From the NCBI GenBank assembly GCA_030141605.1, contig JAQGDQ010002410.1, positions 1-64,000 on the forward strand: 64,000 nucleotides of DNA, given 5' to 3'. Both the position numbers and the translations under genes were made by a program. Below the pieces are notes generated by a model, which saw only the letters and a list, made by a program, of their open reading frames with translations, was not told where the DNA came from and searched no databases. Every line of letters begins with the position of its first letter. Positions within the stretch are counted from its first letter, which is position 1. This DNA comes from Tubiluchus corallicola. Its lineage: Eukaryota > Animalia > Priapulida. Shown one piece after another: positions 53,625 to 64,000 of the stretch.

Positions 53625-53971
53625 AACTTAGTCCTCCTATTTTTTTAAAATTAATATTTATTCTTTTTAATTAAAACAATTTAGTTACGCAACTAATTAC
53701 GTAATAAAACATACAAATAGTATTCCAAAATTAAACTTACACTAAAAAGCATTTCTTTCAAGACAAAATGTCTTCTTTTTCATTTTTGCATATGACAAAG
53801 TGTCTTCTTTTGAAAAATGAAAAGTTTCCCTTATAGTGGATTTAAGCAAAAAATATGCTAATATATTAGTAGTAACACCTAATACATTATTTTCATTTTT
53901 TTCTTGCTTTTTTCTCAAAAAGTTCTTATATTTAATGTATGTTTTAAGGAGTTCCTAAATTCGTGTCAGTG

Positions 53972-54409
53972 ATGGAAAGAATAAAGCTATTCATAATATC
54001 TATTATAATATTTTTTCTGACGATAGGCACAACCGAATCTAAAATAAAAACAGATTATTCAACAGAAAAAGTAGCAAAAATAGACCATTCAAAAGAAAAG
54101 CCAAGGCAAACAAACTTCTTAGAAAATGAACAACGCTTTTATTTCTTAGATGCCCCATTCATTATAGACGATAAAAATGATATAGACCTAGGACTTTTGC
54201 CTTCTGGTGAAATCACAAAAGAGACCCACGTTCAAGAATATCTACAAATTCTTCATATGATGAATAATATGCCTTCCTATTCTCAAACCAACAACCTATG
54301 GTATATGTTTGGTTTAAACTTTGCTATTCAGAATTTTTCGCTTTTTGAAAATTATCAACTACTTTACCAAGATCATTCTACTTGGAACTTTCTATTTCCA
54401 ATAGACTAA
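53972..54409 (+). CDS. Hypothetical exported protein
   Basis: ORF with an N-terminal hydrophobic segment; no recognised family. Confidence 0.45.
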   Translation: MERIKLFIISIIIFFLTIGTTESKIKTDYSTEKVAKIDHSKEKPRQTNFLENEQRFYFLDAPFIIDDKNDIDLGLLPSGEITKETHVQEYLQILHMMNNMPSYSQTNNLWYMFGLNFAIQNFSLFENYQLLYQDHSTWNFLFPID

Positions 54410-54582
54410 GAATCTGGCAACAATTTTCCAAATTTCTGTTACAAACTGTTCATACAATAGAACTTACAATAATAGGACTATTACTTCGTTTTTTTGACAA
54501 ATTGCTTAACTTTGTTTCTAATAAACTACTTTCTATTTATTACATTATTTTCTTTATCTGTCAATACAATTAAAGGTATACT

Positions 54583-55182
54583 ATGCTCAAAAACTATTGC
54601 AGGGAAAAGACATTAGAAGCAGGTTGCGACGAAGCAGGACGAGGCTGCTTAGCAGGCCCTGTGGTAGCTGCAGCTGTGATAATGCCTCTAAACTATAAAA
54701 ACAATTTATTGAACGATTCTAAAAAACTTGCCGAACAACAACGCGAAACATTACGTATAGAAATAGAACAAAAAGCAATAACGTGGGCAGTAGGTATTAT
54801 TTCTCACGTAGAAATAGATAAAATAAATATTCTTAACGCATCTATATTAGCAATGCACAAAGCTTTAGACCAACTGTTGCCCCAACCTAAGCACATCATT
54901 GTCGATGGCAATAAATTCAAGCCTTACAAAGAAATATCTCACCAATGCATAGTAAAGGGAGATAGCAAATATGCCTCCATTGCTGCAGCTTCTATATTGG
55001 CTAAAACACACAGGGATGAAATAATGCGGGGATTAGACAGAGAATACCCACATTACCATTGGGGAAGAAACAAGGGCTATCCTACTAAACAACATAGAGA
55101 AGCCATTGTTAAATATGGTATATCGCCTCATCATAGAAGAACTTTTCGTCTGCTGCCTCTGCAAAAGATGTTGCATATATAA
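54583..55182 (+). CDS. rnhB: Ribonuclease HII
   Basis: GCDEAGRGCLAGPV, DSKKL, KGD...SIAAASILAK, KGYPT. Confidence 0.96.
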   Translation: MLKNYCREKTLEAGCDEAGRGCLAGPVVAAAVIMPLNYKNNLLNDSKKLAEQQRETLRIEIEQKAITWAVGIISHVEIDKINILNASILAMHKALDQLLPQPKHIIVDGNKFKPYKEISHQCIVKGDSKYASIAAASILAKTHRDEIMRGLDREYPHYHWGRNKGYPTKQHREAIVKYGISPHHRRTFRLLPLQKMLHI

Positions 55183-55208
55183 AAAAGAAAAGCCAAGGCT
55201 CTTCTTTT

Positions 55209-55580
55209 TTAATCGTCGGAATAAATCCCTAATTTATTGCCTTCTGTATCTGTAAAAAGGGCAAAATATCCTTTTCCTTCTGCCTCAATCTTCGTTTTAG
55301 ACTTTACTATTTTTCCACCTAATTTCTCAACTCTTTGTAATTTCTCTGTCAAGTCATTTCCGCCATTAAAACTTATCAACACGCCATCTGACGAAGGGTT
55401 GAAGTTTGGAGAATAGGAAATTGCTCCAGACACATTTTGATTGTTGTTTGGGAAACATCCCATTTTCTCCTCTCCACAATCAAAAACCCGAATTTCAATA
55501 TCCAAAAGATCCTGATAAAAATTCACAGCTCTGTCAAAATTTTTTGCAGGAATCTCGAAAAAACTGATTAACTCTTCCAT
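55209..55580 (-). CDS. VOC (glyoxalase/bleomycin resistance) family protein
   Basis: FFEIP...RAVNFY; GYFALFTDTEGN. Confidence 0.9.
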   Translation of the reverse strand: MEELISFFEIPAKNFDRAVNFYQDLLDIEIRVFDCGEEKMGCFPNNNQNVSGAISYSPNFNPSSDGVLISFNGGNDLTEKLQRVEKLGGKIVKSKTKIEAEGKGYFALFTDTEGNKLGIYSDD

Positions 55581-55674
55581 TATTTTACTTTTTTTAAATT
55601 AAAAATATAAGAACCACAATAAAGAACAAATTAACAGCTATAAATTGCTTATAAATTGGAAAAAAGAGACATTT

Positions 55675-56490
55675 TTATGCAGAAAAATAATCTGAATAAG
55701 GCTGATAAGTGCTAAAATAATTTTTGGGAGTATAACCTGTAAGCATTTTAAATTCATTTGAAAAATGTGCTTGGTCATAGTACCCATTTTCGTAGGATAA
55801 AACTGTTAGATTACGAGATGGGTTTATCTGTTGGCTAAAAATAGTATGTTGAAATCGTACTATTCGTAAAAATTGTTTAGGATTTATTCCTACAAAATCT
55901 GAAAACTTACGTTCAAACTGTTTTGTAGATAAATATGAACACGCTGCGAGTTCCTTAATAGATACTTCTCCTTTTGTTTCATTTACTATTTTGATGCTTT
56001 CGCTTATTCTGTTATAATTGTAGATGTTTTTTTCTATTAACCTTTTTGTTAAGAAGTTTTCTATTAACTCAATCTGTTCTCTTTTATCACATATATTCGA
56101 TAGCTGCTCTTCTAAGTCCTGACTTTTTTGCTTCATTATATCTTCCAATGCTATACTTTGGTTTGCTATTTCACAAATTGGCAAATCGAAAAACATTCTT
56201 GCACCTTGAGGGCGAAACATTACAGAAATAATACTTATTTCCCCCGTTGATTTAACATCGTAGTAACTTTTTTGCTGTCCTATAATTATAGTTCGTGGCA
56301 ATAATATAGAAGAATTATCTGGAGCTATTTTTAGAAATCTATCCTTAATACAGAACATAAGTTCTACGCATCCATATGGAAAAACCCTCTGTTTAGAATA
56401 TGGCTTAGATATTTTTTCACATTTAAGTATCCAATAACACTTCACAAATTGAGAGAGTTTTGAAGACGGTTGTATAAGTTGATAGTCCAT
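55675..56490 (-). CDS. AraC-family transcriptional regulator
   Basis: C-terminal HTH (KQFERKF..VG..PK; GYYDQAHF..EFK..TG.TP). Confidence 0.9.
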   Translation of the reverse strand: MDYQLIQPSSKLSQFVKCYWILKCEKISKPYSKQRVFPYGCVELMFCIKDRFLKIAPDNSSILLPRTIIIGQQKSYYDVKSTGEISIISVMFRPQGARMFFDLPICEIANQSIALEDIMKQKSQDLEEQLSNICDKREQIELIENFLTKRLIEKNIYNYNRISESIKIVNETKGEVSIKELAACSYLSTKQFERKFSDFVGINPKQFLRIVRFQHTIFSQQINPSRNLTVLSYENGYYDQAHFSNEFKMLTGYTPKNYFSTYQPYSDYFSA

Positions 56491-56659
56491 TGTTACTCTT
56501 TTATAATTAGCTAGTTACAAGCACCTATTAAAAAAGAAATAATAGAAATTTCTAGATAAATAATTATTCAACAAAATTAGAAACATTTTGTCAATCTACT
56601 AAATTTCATATATTTGCATCCAATTAAATAAATAAATTGAAAACATACAAAAACAGTTT

Positions 56660-57715
56660 ATGGAAAAAAATATAGCAGTACTATCAGGCGACGGTATAGG
56701 ACCAGAGATAATAAAAGAAAGCATAAAGACATTAGATGCAATAGCAACGAAGTTCAATTATACATTCAACTATAAAGAAGCCATTGTTGGAGGTATTGCT
56801 ATAGACAAAACAGGCAACCCTCTACCTGATGAGACTATAAAAGTTTGTCAAAACTCTGACGCAGTATTGTTTGGAGCTATTGGTGACCCTAAGTTCGACA
56901 ACGACCCTAACGCTAAGGTGCGTCCAGAACAAGGACTATTAAAACTAAGAAAAACACTAGGGCTATTTGCCAATATAAGACCTGTAAAATCATTTCCACA
57001 ACTTTATCACTCTTCGCCTCTCAAACAAGAATTGATAGAAGACGTTGACCTTGTAGTATATCGCGAACTTACAGGAGGTATGTACTTTGGAGAGAAAACA
57101 CGCACTAAAAACAGTGCTTCTGACCTCTGTGCTTACACTTCAGAAGAAATTATTCGCATCAGCAAATTAGCCTTTGAAGCAGCTCAACAAAGAAGAAAAA
57201 AACTTACCCTAGTAGATAAAGCCAATGTAATAGAAACTTCACGTCTTTGGAGAGATGAAGTAATGAAACTAAGCAAAAATTACCCCGATGTAGAGTTGGA
57301 CCTAATGTTTGTAGATAATGCAGCAATGCAGCTCATACAATACCCTAAACAATTTGATGTAATTGTTACTGAAAACCTTTTTGGAGATATTATTACTGAC
57401 GAATCATCTGTCATTGCAGGTTCACTTGGTATGCTACCCTCAGCCTCAGTAGGCAATAAAGTAGCCCTTTTTGAACCCATACACGGCTCATATCCTCAAG
57501 CTACTGGAAAAAACATTGCTAATCCAATGGCAACCATACTTGCCGCTGCTATGATGCTTGACCACTTGCAAATGACAGAAGCAGCCAAGCTAATAGAAGA
57601 AGCAGTAGAAAAAGCCCTTGAAAATAGAAAAGCAACAGTAGATATATATAAAGATAGTAAGTTAGGAACGTCAAATGTAGGCGATTACATTGTTCAATAC
57701 ATTCAAAATAAGTAA
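56660..57715 (+). CDS. leuB: 3-isopropylmalate dehydrogenase
   Basis: GDGIGPE, RPEQGLLKLRK, RELTGG, VDKANV, FEPIHGS. Confidence 0.95.
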   Translation: MEKNIAVLSGDGIGPEIIKESIKTLDAIATKFNYTFNYKEAIVGGIAIDKTGNPLPDETIKVCQNSDAVLFGAIGDPKFDNDPNAKVRPEQGLLKLRKTLGLFANIRPVKSFPQLYHSSPLKQELIEDVDLVVYRELTGGMYFGEKTRTKNSASDLCAYTSEEIIRISKLAFEAAQQRRKKLTLVDKANVIETSRLWRDEVMKLSKNYPDVELDLMFVDNAAMQLIQYPKQFDVIVTENLFGDIITDESSVIAGSLGMLPSASVGNKVALFEPIHGSYPQATGKNIANPMATILAAAMMLDHLQMTEAAKLIEEAVEKALENRKATVDIYKDSKLGTSNVGDYIVQYIQNK

Positions 57716-57721
57716 TCTAAA

Positions 57722-58318
57722 ATGACAAAAGACGCTATCTTTAAAACATTTGTAATAATAGCCCTCTCTATTTTATATATACTACACTTTGTTTCGCAAA
57801 AGGAGGAGGTTAATGAACATAAAATATCTCATCATAGAGTTGTAGATACTACAGCTATCAAATCTAAGATAGTATTTATCAATACAGACTCTTTGCTTCT
57901 AAAATACAAATATGCAAAAGACCTTTCACAACAACTGCAAGCTCAACAACAACAAGCTCAAAATAACTTACAACAAAAAATAGAAGTATTTCAAAAGGAT
58001 TATCAATTATTCCAAGCCAAAATACAAAACAACGGCTTTCTTTCTCAAGCCAGAGCAGAGCAGGAAGGACAAAAACTTGCACAACAACAACAAAACTTGC
58101 AAAAATTAGAGATGGATCTTGCTAATCAACTTGCACAGCAGCAACAAGAAATGAACATTCAGTTAAGAGATAGCCTAACTAAGTATCTAAAAATATACAA
58201 TGAAACCCATAATTTTCATTTAGTATTAAGTAACAGTCTGGGAGATAATATACTATACAATGCCAAAGGCTTGAACATTACTGACGACATAGCTACTTTA
58301 CTAAACCAAACATACTAA
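57722..58318 (+). CDS. OmpH/Skp family chaperone
   Basis: IVFINTDSLL..Y, Gln-rich coiled coil, NITDDI...LN. Confidence 0.85.
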   Translation: MTKDAIFKTFVIIALSILYILHFVSQKEEVNEHKISHHRVVDTTAIKSKIVFINTDSLLLKYKYAKDLSQQLQAQQQQAQNNLQQKIEVFQKDYQLFQAKIQNNGFLSQARAEQEGQKLAQQQQNLQKLEMDLANQLAQQQQEMNIQLRDSLTKYLKIYNETHNFHLVLSNSLGDNILYNAKGLNITDDIATLLNQTY

Positions 58319-58328
58319 GAAACAATAA

Positions 58329-59603
58329 ATGAGTTTTGCTCATAACTATATAAAAAAAAACAAAATAATCCACAACCTGTCCTTCGCTCCCAACAAAAAT
58401 CTCAACATTATTGTAGTAATTCCCTGTTATGATGAAGACAACCTGATAGACACGCTCACCTCAATACTTAAAGCAGATAGCCCTAAGAACAGTATAGAAG
58501 TTATTACTATAATAAATTCAAGCACTCAAACTCCTTCTGAAATAGTAATCAAAAATAGAAAAACCTTAGAACAAGCCCATACTTGGTGCAATAACCACAA
58601 CTCTCCACAATTACAGTTCTACTTCATTAACGAAGAAAATTTACCTTCTCACAAAGCAGGAGTAGGATTAGCCCGTAAAATAGGTATGGATATAGCCATA
58701 TCCCGATTTAACGAAATAAATAACCCTAGCGGAATAATAGCATCCTTAGATGCAGATACAAAAATAGCCTCCAACTACTTCACAGAGATTGAAAAGACTT
58801 ACCTAAACGACTCCAAAACAACTGCTACAAACATATACTTTGAACACCCCATAAGTGGGGAGCAATACTCCAAACATATTTATAAAGGCATAGCCCTTTA
58901 CGAACTTCATTTGCGTTACTACTTACAAAGCTTACGATATGCAAAATTTCCTCACGCACAGCATACTATAGGCTCAGCTTTCACCGTAAAGGCTTCAACC
59001 TATATAAAACAAGGAGGAATGAATACCAAAAAAGCTGGAGAAGACTTTTACTTTTTACAAAAAGTTATACCAACTGGTGTATTTAGAAACATTGCAACTA
59101 CAATGGTTATTCCTTCTCCTCGAACATCCGATAGGGTGCCATTTGGAACAGGAAAGGCACAAATAAAATATCTGCAAAGTTTAAAACAACAAGTTCTCAC
59201 ATACGACACCCGCACATTCACAGATTTAAAAGAATTTTTCAGCAAGGCAGAAAAGTTCTTTGACGTAATAAAACAATATAAATACGAGCAAATAATAAAA
59301 GAATTACCTAAAAGTATTTGTACCTTCTTGCAAAAAGATATGTTTTATGAACAAATAAAAAAACTTAACCAAAACACTAAAACTATAAAAACCTATAAAA
59401 AGAACTTCTTTGGCAATGTTTTCAACGCATTCAAAACAGTGAAATACGTAAATTACGCAAGCCAGCATTATTATCCCAAAATAAGTATCACAAAAGCAGC
59501 CAATCAACTACTTAAAATAGAGCAACTATCTCAAAATTATATAGAAAAACCAGAACAACTTTTACAAGTATATAGACATATAGAGAAAACTGAAAAACAA
59601 TGA
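58329..59603 (+). CDS. Family 2 glycosyltransferase
   Basis: VVIPCYDE, GVGLARKIGMD, LDAD, GEDFYF. Confidence 0.85.
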   Translation: MSFAHNYIKKNKIIHNLSFAPNKNLNIIVVIPCYDEDNLIDTLTSILKADSPKNSIEVITIINSSTQTPSEIVIKNRKTLEQAHTWCNNHNSPQLQFYFINEENLPSHKAGVGLARKIGMDIAISRFNEINNPSGIIASLDADTKIASNYFTEIEKTYLNDSKTTATNIYFEHPISGEQYSKHIYKGIALYELHLRYYLQSLRYAKFPHAQHTIGSAFTVKASTYIKQGGMNTKKAGEDFYFLQKVIPTGVFRNIATTMVIPSPRTSDRVPFGTGKAQIKYLQSLKQQVLTYDTRTFTDLKEFFSKAEKFFDVIKQYKYEQIIKELPKSICTFLQKDMFYEQIKKLNQNTKTIKTYKKNFFGNVFNAFKTVKYVNYASQHYYPKISITKAANQLLKIEQLSQNYIEKPEQLLQVYRHIEKTEKQ

Positions 59604-60292
59604 AAAACATTGCTATCATACTTGCAGCTGGAGAAGGAAAACGATTTGGTAATGAACTGCCTAAACAATATATAAAAGTTAAAAACAAAACGATACTAGA
59701 ATACACCCTTGTTCCATTTCAATATCATCCAAAAATAGATGAAATAATCATTGTATGTCATATCAACTTTCGCGATAAGATAAAACAACTAATAAAAAAC
59801 GACTTTCCAAAAGTAAAAAATATCATAAACGGAGGTGAAAAACGACATCTCTCTACCCAAGCAGCTATACTACACTATCAACACCTTAACCCAAAAGATA
59901 ACATTGTTATACACGATGCAGCACGACCTCTTGTAAACAAACAACATATTACTGAACTAATTAAGGAATTACAACAACACGATGCAGCAACACTCACTAT
60001 ACCTATCACAGATACTATTGTACAAACCAACTCCCAGCAAAAAACAATAGATAAATTCGTGGACAGAACCTTATACCAAAGAGTACAAACACCCCAAGCT
60101 TTCAAATATGAAACAATAAAAGAAGCCTACAAACAGCTAAAAGCAACAGACAACTTCACTGATGATTGTAGCATCGTACACCATTATCTACCTCAAAAAT
60201 CCATAGCCACAGTACAAGGTAGTTTCGAAAACATAAAAATAACTCATCAACAAGATTTACTCACATTTGAAAAGATTATCAGCAAAAGATAA
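59600..60292 (+). CDS. ispD: IspD/TarI family cytidylyltransferase
   Basis: LAAGEGKRF...PKQY, IHDAARP, VQTPQAF, TDD, NIKIT. Confidence 0.85.
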   Translation: MKNIAIILAAGEGKRFGNELPKQYIKVKNKTILEYTLVPFQYHPKIDEIIIVCHINFRDKIKQLIKNDFPKVKNIINGGEKRHLSTQAAILHYQHLNPKDNIVIHDAARPLVNKQHITELIKELQQHDAATLTIPITDTIVQTNSQQKTIDKFVDRTLYQRVQTPQAFKYETIKEAYKQLKATDNFTDDCSIVHHYLPQKSIATVQGSFENIKITHQQDLLTFEKIISKR

Positions 60293-60307
60293 CAATCTTT
60301 TAAATTA

Positions 60308-60376
60308 GGTAATGTATTATCAATAGGCAGAAGATAATACATAATGTTAGAGTCAGCCAACTCCCAACACACCGCC
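60308..60376 (+). mobile_element. IS1595-like MITE (69 bp) with perfect 8-bp target-site duplication
   Basis: GGTAATGTATTATCAATAGG...CCAACTCCCAACACACCGCC flanked on both sides by TTAAATTA (60300-60307 and 60377-60384). Confidence 0.7.
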
Positions 60377-60406
60377 TTAAATTACATACAAAACAAGTAA
60401 ACGCTT

Positions 60407-62671
60407 CTAAGCATCTTGCTTTTTGATAAGATTAAGTGCAGAGCCTTCTTTGAACCATTCTATTTGGTTTTTATTATAAGTGTGCTTAACCTCAAGCTCA
60501 TCAGTGCTACCATCTTTGTGTGTTAAAACAACTTTCAAAGACTTGTTTGGAGCAAAAGTAGCAAGTCCTACAATGTCTATACTATCATCCTCTTGCACTT
60601 TATTATAGTCTTCTTTATTGGTAAAAGTAAGAGCCAACATACCTTGCTTTTTAAGGTTGGTCTCGTGTATGCGAGCAAAAGACTTCACCAGCACTACTTT
60701 AGTCCCTAAATGTCGTGGCTCCATTGCAGCGTGCTCACGAGACGACCCTTCTCCATAGTTTTCATCACCCACCACCACTGAGCCTATTCCTTGAGCTTTA
60801 TAGGCTCTTGCTACCTCAGGCACTTCGTCATATTCGCCTGTCAGCTGATTTTTCACAGTGTTAGTTTTCTCGTTAAAGAAATTGATAGCCCCTATCAAGC
60901 AGTTATTAGATATATTATCCAAATGTCCTCTAAATCTCAACCAAGGGCCTGCCATAGATATATGATCAGTAGTACATTTTCCCTTAGCTTTTATAAGTAG
61001 TTTAAATCCCTTATAATCTGCACCATCCCACGCTGTAAAAGGCTCTAACAATTGCAACCTTTCAGATGTGGGACTAACCACTACTTGCACATCGCTACCA
61101 TCCTTAGCAGGTGCCACATAGCCAATATCATCTACTGTAAAACCTTTAACAGGCATCTCATCACCTTTAGGCTCTTGTAGTTTTACTTGTTCTCCTTTTT
61201 TATTGGTAAGTGTATCTGTTAAGGGGTTGAACTTCAATGAACCCGCTATAGCAAAAGCCGTAGTCATTTCAGGTGAGGCAACAAAGCCGTGTGTATTAGG
61301 GTTACCATCGTTACGCTTTGCAAAATTACGGTTGAAAGAAGTCATTATTGAATTAGGCTTTTGTTCCTCCGCACCTTGTCTTGCCCACTGCCCTATACAG
61401 GGGCCACAGGCATTAGCAAGCACTTTTCCTCCTATCTTCTCAAAAATATCTATATAGCCATCCCGTTCTATAGTAGCCTTTACCATTTCCGAACCGGGAG
61501 TTACAGTGTATTCCGCCTTTACTTGAAGGTCTTTGTCTAAAGCTTGCTGGGCTAAAGATGCTGCTCTACTTATATCCTCATAACTAGAGTTGGTGCAAGA
61601 ACCAATTAGCCCTATCTCTAACTTAGGAGGATAGTTGTTTTTCTCTACCATCTCTGCAAACTGAGATATAGGCGTTGCTAAGTCAGGGGTAAAAGGTCCA
61701 TTAATATATGGCTCTAATTTATCAAGGTCTATTTCTATTACTTGGTCGTAGTATTTTTCAGGATTCATATACACTTCATCGTCCGCCTTCAAGTAGTCTT
61801 TTACTTTGTTAGCGAGGTCAGAAACATCAGCACGCTCAGTAGCTTGCAAATACTTCTCCATTTTCTCATCATAAGCAAAAATAGAGGTAGTTGCTCCTAT
61901 CTCTGCTCCCATATTACAAATGGTTGCTTTGCCCGTACAAGACAAATTATTTGCTCCTTCGCCAAAATATTCTACAATAAAACCCGTACCTCCTTTGACA
62001 GTAAGTATTCCAGCAAGTTTTAGAATTACATCCTTAGCAGATGTCCATCCTCTAAGTTTGCCAGTGAGTTTCACCCCTAACACCTTAGGAAATTTCAACT
62101 CCCACGGCATACCTGTCATCACATCCACAGCGTCGGCCCCTCCTACCCCTATAGCTACCATACCAAGCCCTCCCGCATTAGGTGTATGTGAATCCGTTCC
62201 AACCATCATACCCCCAGGAAATGCATAATTTTCTAGTACCACCTGATGTATAATCCCAGCTCCCGGTTTCCAAAACCCAATACCGTATTTATTCGACACA
62301 GAAGATAAAAAGTCATATACTTCTTTATTGGTGCTAACAGCTTGTTTAAGGTCCTTGTTTGCTCCTACTTTAGCTTGTATAAGGTGGTCGCAATGCACCG
62401 TAGAAGGAACGGATGTAGTAGATTTTCCTGCTTGCATAAATTGCAACAAAGCCATCTGAGCAGTAGCATCTTGCATTGCTACCCTATCAGGATAGAAATC
62501 CACATAATCTTCCCCTCTCTTATAGACTTCTTGTATATTGCTATTACAGAGATGAGAGTACAAAACCTTTTCAGTAAATGTCAAAGGTCGTCCTACCAAT
62601 TCCTTTGCACTATCTACCCTACTTTTTATTTCGGCATATACCTTTTTTATCATTTCTATATTATAAGTCAT
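60407..62671 (-). CDS. Aconitate hydratase (mitochondrial-type, ~750 aa)
   Basis: [51 protein letters not shown]. Confidence 0.96.
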   Translation of the reverse strand: MTYNIEMIKKVYAEIKSRVDSAKELVGRPLTFTEKVLYSHLCNSNIQEVYKRGEDYVDFYPDRVAMQDATAQMALLQFMQAGKSTTSVPSTVHCDHLIQAKVGANKDLKQAVSTNKEVYDFLSSVSNKYGIGFWKPGAGIIHQVVLENYAFPGGMMVGTDSHTPNAGGLGMVAIGVGGADAVDVMTGMPWELKFPKVLGVKLTGKLRGWTSAKDVILKLAGILTVKGGTGFIVEYFGEGANNLSCTGKATICNMGAEIGATTSIFAYDEKMEKYLQATERADVSDLANKVKDYLKADDEVYMNPEKYYDQVIEIDLDKLEPYINGPFTPDLATPISQFAEMVEKNNYPPKLEIGLIGSCTNSSYEDISRAASLAQQALDKDLQVKAEYTVTPGSEMVKATIERDGYIDIFEKIGGKVLANACGPCIGQWARQGAEEQKPNSIMTSFNRNFAKRNDGNPNTHGFVASPEMTTAFAIAGSLKFNPLTDTLTNKKGEQVKLQEPKGDEMPVKGFTVDDIGYVAPAKDGSDVQVVVSPTSERLQLLEPFTAWDGADYKGFKLLIKAKGKCTTDHISMAGPWLRFRGHLDNISNNCLIGAINFFNEKTNTVKNQLTGEYDEVPEVARAYKAQGIGSVVVGDENYGEGSSREHAAMEPRHLGTKVVLVKSFARIHETNLKKQGMLALTFTNKEDYNKVQEDDSIDIVGLATFAPNKSLKVVLTHKDGSTDELEVKHTYNKNQIEWFKEGSALNLIKKQDA

Positions 62672-62817
62672 AGCTATAAATAAATTGTATTATCTTATTA
62701 GTTTTTGCAAAAGTATCATTTTTTTGTGTTTTTTCATAATCCTTTAACAAGTTATAGCCTATAAATCTTTTTTATTCCACAATAGAATATTACCTTTGCA
62801 ATATATATTATATTTTA

Positions 62818-63552
62818 ATGAATAGTAAAATAAGACATTTTATTTTTATTGGTTTACTTTTTGCTGGCTCTTCTATTTACTCTCAATCCGAAAGAAAGGA
62901 AACTCCCAAATATAAGTCAGCAAACCCTACCACTTATAACTTAGCTAAAAAAGAACATTATAAACAAGAATTAGGTGCTTTTTTAGGGAGTATTTTTTAT
63001 ATTGGTGATATAAATAAATCTCGTTTATTTTATTCTCCCAGTCTTGCTTTGGGGATGGTCTATAAATTTAACTTTGATTATCATTGGACCTTCAAATTTG
63101 GTTTAACCACAGGCAATATTACTGCTATGGATACTGACTTTGATAATGATTTCAATCAAAATAGAAGTGCTGTAATAAACGAACGGGTGCTTGATATTGC
63201 CCCTATGATTGAGTTTAATTTTCTAAAATATGGAGATAAAAGCCGTGGAGGAGACAACCAAACCTTCTATCTGACAACTGGTATAGCCATATCAAGCTAT
63301 CTAACAAATAAAAGCACCTGGGCTATCCCAATGGGAGCTGGATATAAAATTTCTATAAACGAAAGAGTTAGCATAGCCGTAGAGTGGACTTTTAGAAAAA
63401 CATTTAACGATTATTTAGATGGCATCCACGATCCTTATGGTTTTGATTCTAAAAGTAGTTGGATTAACAACGATTGGTACTCATTCTTTGGAGCTGTTAT
63501 CACATTTGGGTTTTATCGCTACGACAATGCTTGTGAGCATTATGTTTTTTAG
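62818..63552 (+). CDS. PorG-like (DUF6089) outer membrane beta-barrel protein
   Basis: Signal peptide; YIGDIN, IPMGAGYK, RKTFNDYLDG, NNDWYSF.G motifs. Confidence 0.7.
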   Translation: MNSKIRHFIFIGLLFAGSSIYSQSERKETPKYKSANPTTYNLAKKEHYKQELGAFLGSIFYIGDINKSRLFYSPSLALGMVYKFNFDYHWTFKFGLTTGNITAMDTDFDNDFNQNRSAVINERVLDIAPMIEFNFLKYGDKSRGGDNQTFYLTTGIAISSYLTNKSTWAIPMGAGYKISINERVSIAVEWTFRKTFNDYLDGIHDPYGFDSKSSWINNDWYSFFGAVITFGFYRYDNACEHYVF

Positions 63553-63852
63553 AACTTGAAATGAAAAAAATTGAAAAGTTTTATTATTTATAATTTTCTT
63601 TCCACTTTTTGCCATTACATAAAAAAGAGAAGATTGTTCAGATGTTGCAAACCTTAAAGAGGAGAGGCAAAACAAAAACCTTTTATTAACTTATTATTCC
63701 ATTTCCTGCTTTTAGACAAGACTAAGCAAACACCTACTACAAGGCAATAATAACCAAAGTAAAAGCTAAATGAAATGTATTGTTACCATTCCTTTTTACA
63801 AAGAAAAATCGTAATTTTGTATGTAAATAGTTAATATGCTATCTATCATCAA

Positions 63853-64000
63853 ATGAAGTTTCAAATTACATCAGACTTTCAACCCACAGGCGACCAACCA
63901 CAAGCCATAGAAAAGTTAGTTCAAAACACACTTAACAACCAAAGAACTCAAACTCTACTTGGTGTCACAGGGTCAGGAAAAACATTTACCATAGCCAATC
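63853..64000 (+). CDS. uvrB: Excinuclease ABC subunit B (5' partial, runs off window)
   Basis: Hand translation [22 protein letters not shown]...[17 protein letters not shown]. Confidence 0.93.
   Translation, partial: MKFQITSDFQPTGDQPQAIEKLVQNTLNNQRTQTLLGVTGSGKTFTIAN

Noticed and set aside
11030-63675. Numerous short ORFs overlapping core genes on the opposite strand or frame (e.g. 11243..11836, 18095..18685, 31153..31647, 42707..43147)
   Set aside because: Shadow ORFs of well-supported genes with no independent motifs.
1-64000. tRNA, rRNA, prophage or reverse-transcriptase (DGR/retron) genes
   Set aside because: None recognised by eye; tRNAscan-SE and Infernal would be needed to exclude small RNAs formally.

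Overview
AT-rich Bacteroidota (Bacteroidales/Marinilabiliales-like) chromosomal window, judged from susC/susD, DUF4295-rpmG-rpmB-ftsY synteny, a PorG-like gene and TAnnTTTG promoters. Positions 1 to ~10,800 are accessory. They hold a truncated TonB-dependent-receptor gene inside a 336-bp inverted duplication and a 59-bp tandem array of a probable structured-RNA motif. Next come an unannotated 42-aa double-glycine precursor peptide, a radical SAM/SPASM maturase, a C39-peptidase ABC exporter and a short HlyD-like protein, together forming a compact RiPP cluster. After these are a 67-bp IS3-like mini-element, a frameshifted type IIG restriction-modification gene, and two small ORFs under a long RNA hairpin. 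The rest is mostly core genome: ftsY, rpmG/rpmB, lpxD, a SusC-SusD-GH144 locus, the dcw cluster mraZ-ftsW, ruvX, hemL, typA, xerD, tgt, metH, queA, rnhB, leuB, ispD, aconitase and the start of uvrB. A family of short IS1595-like MITEs is scattered through the intergenic spacers. No rRNA, tRNA or CRISPR array was seen. All product calls come from motif recognition by eye, not database searches.
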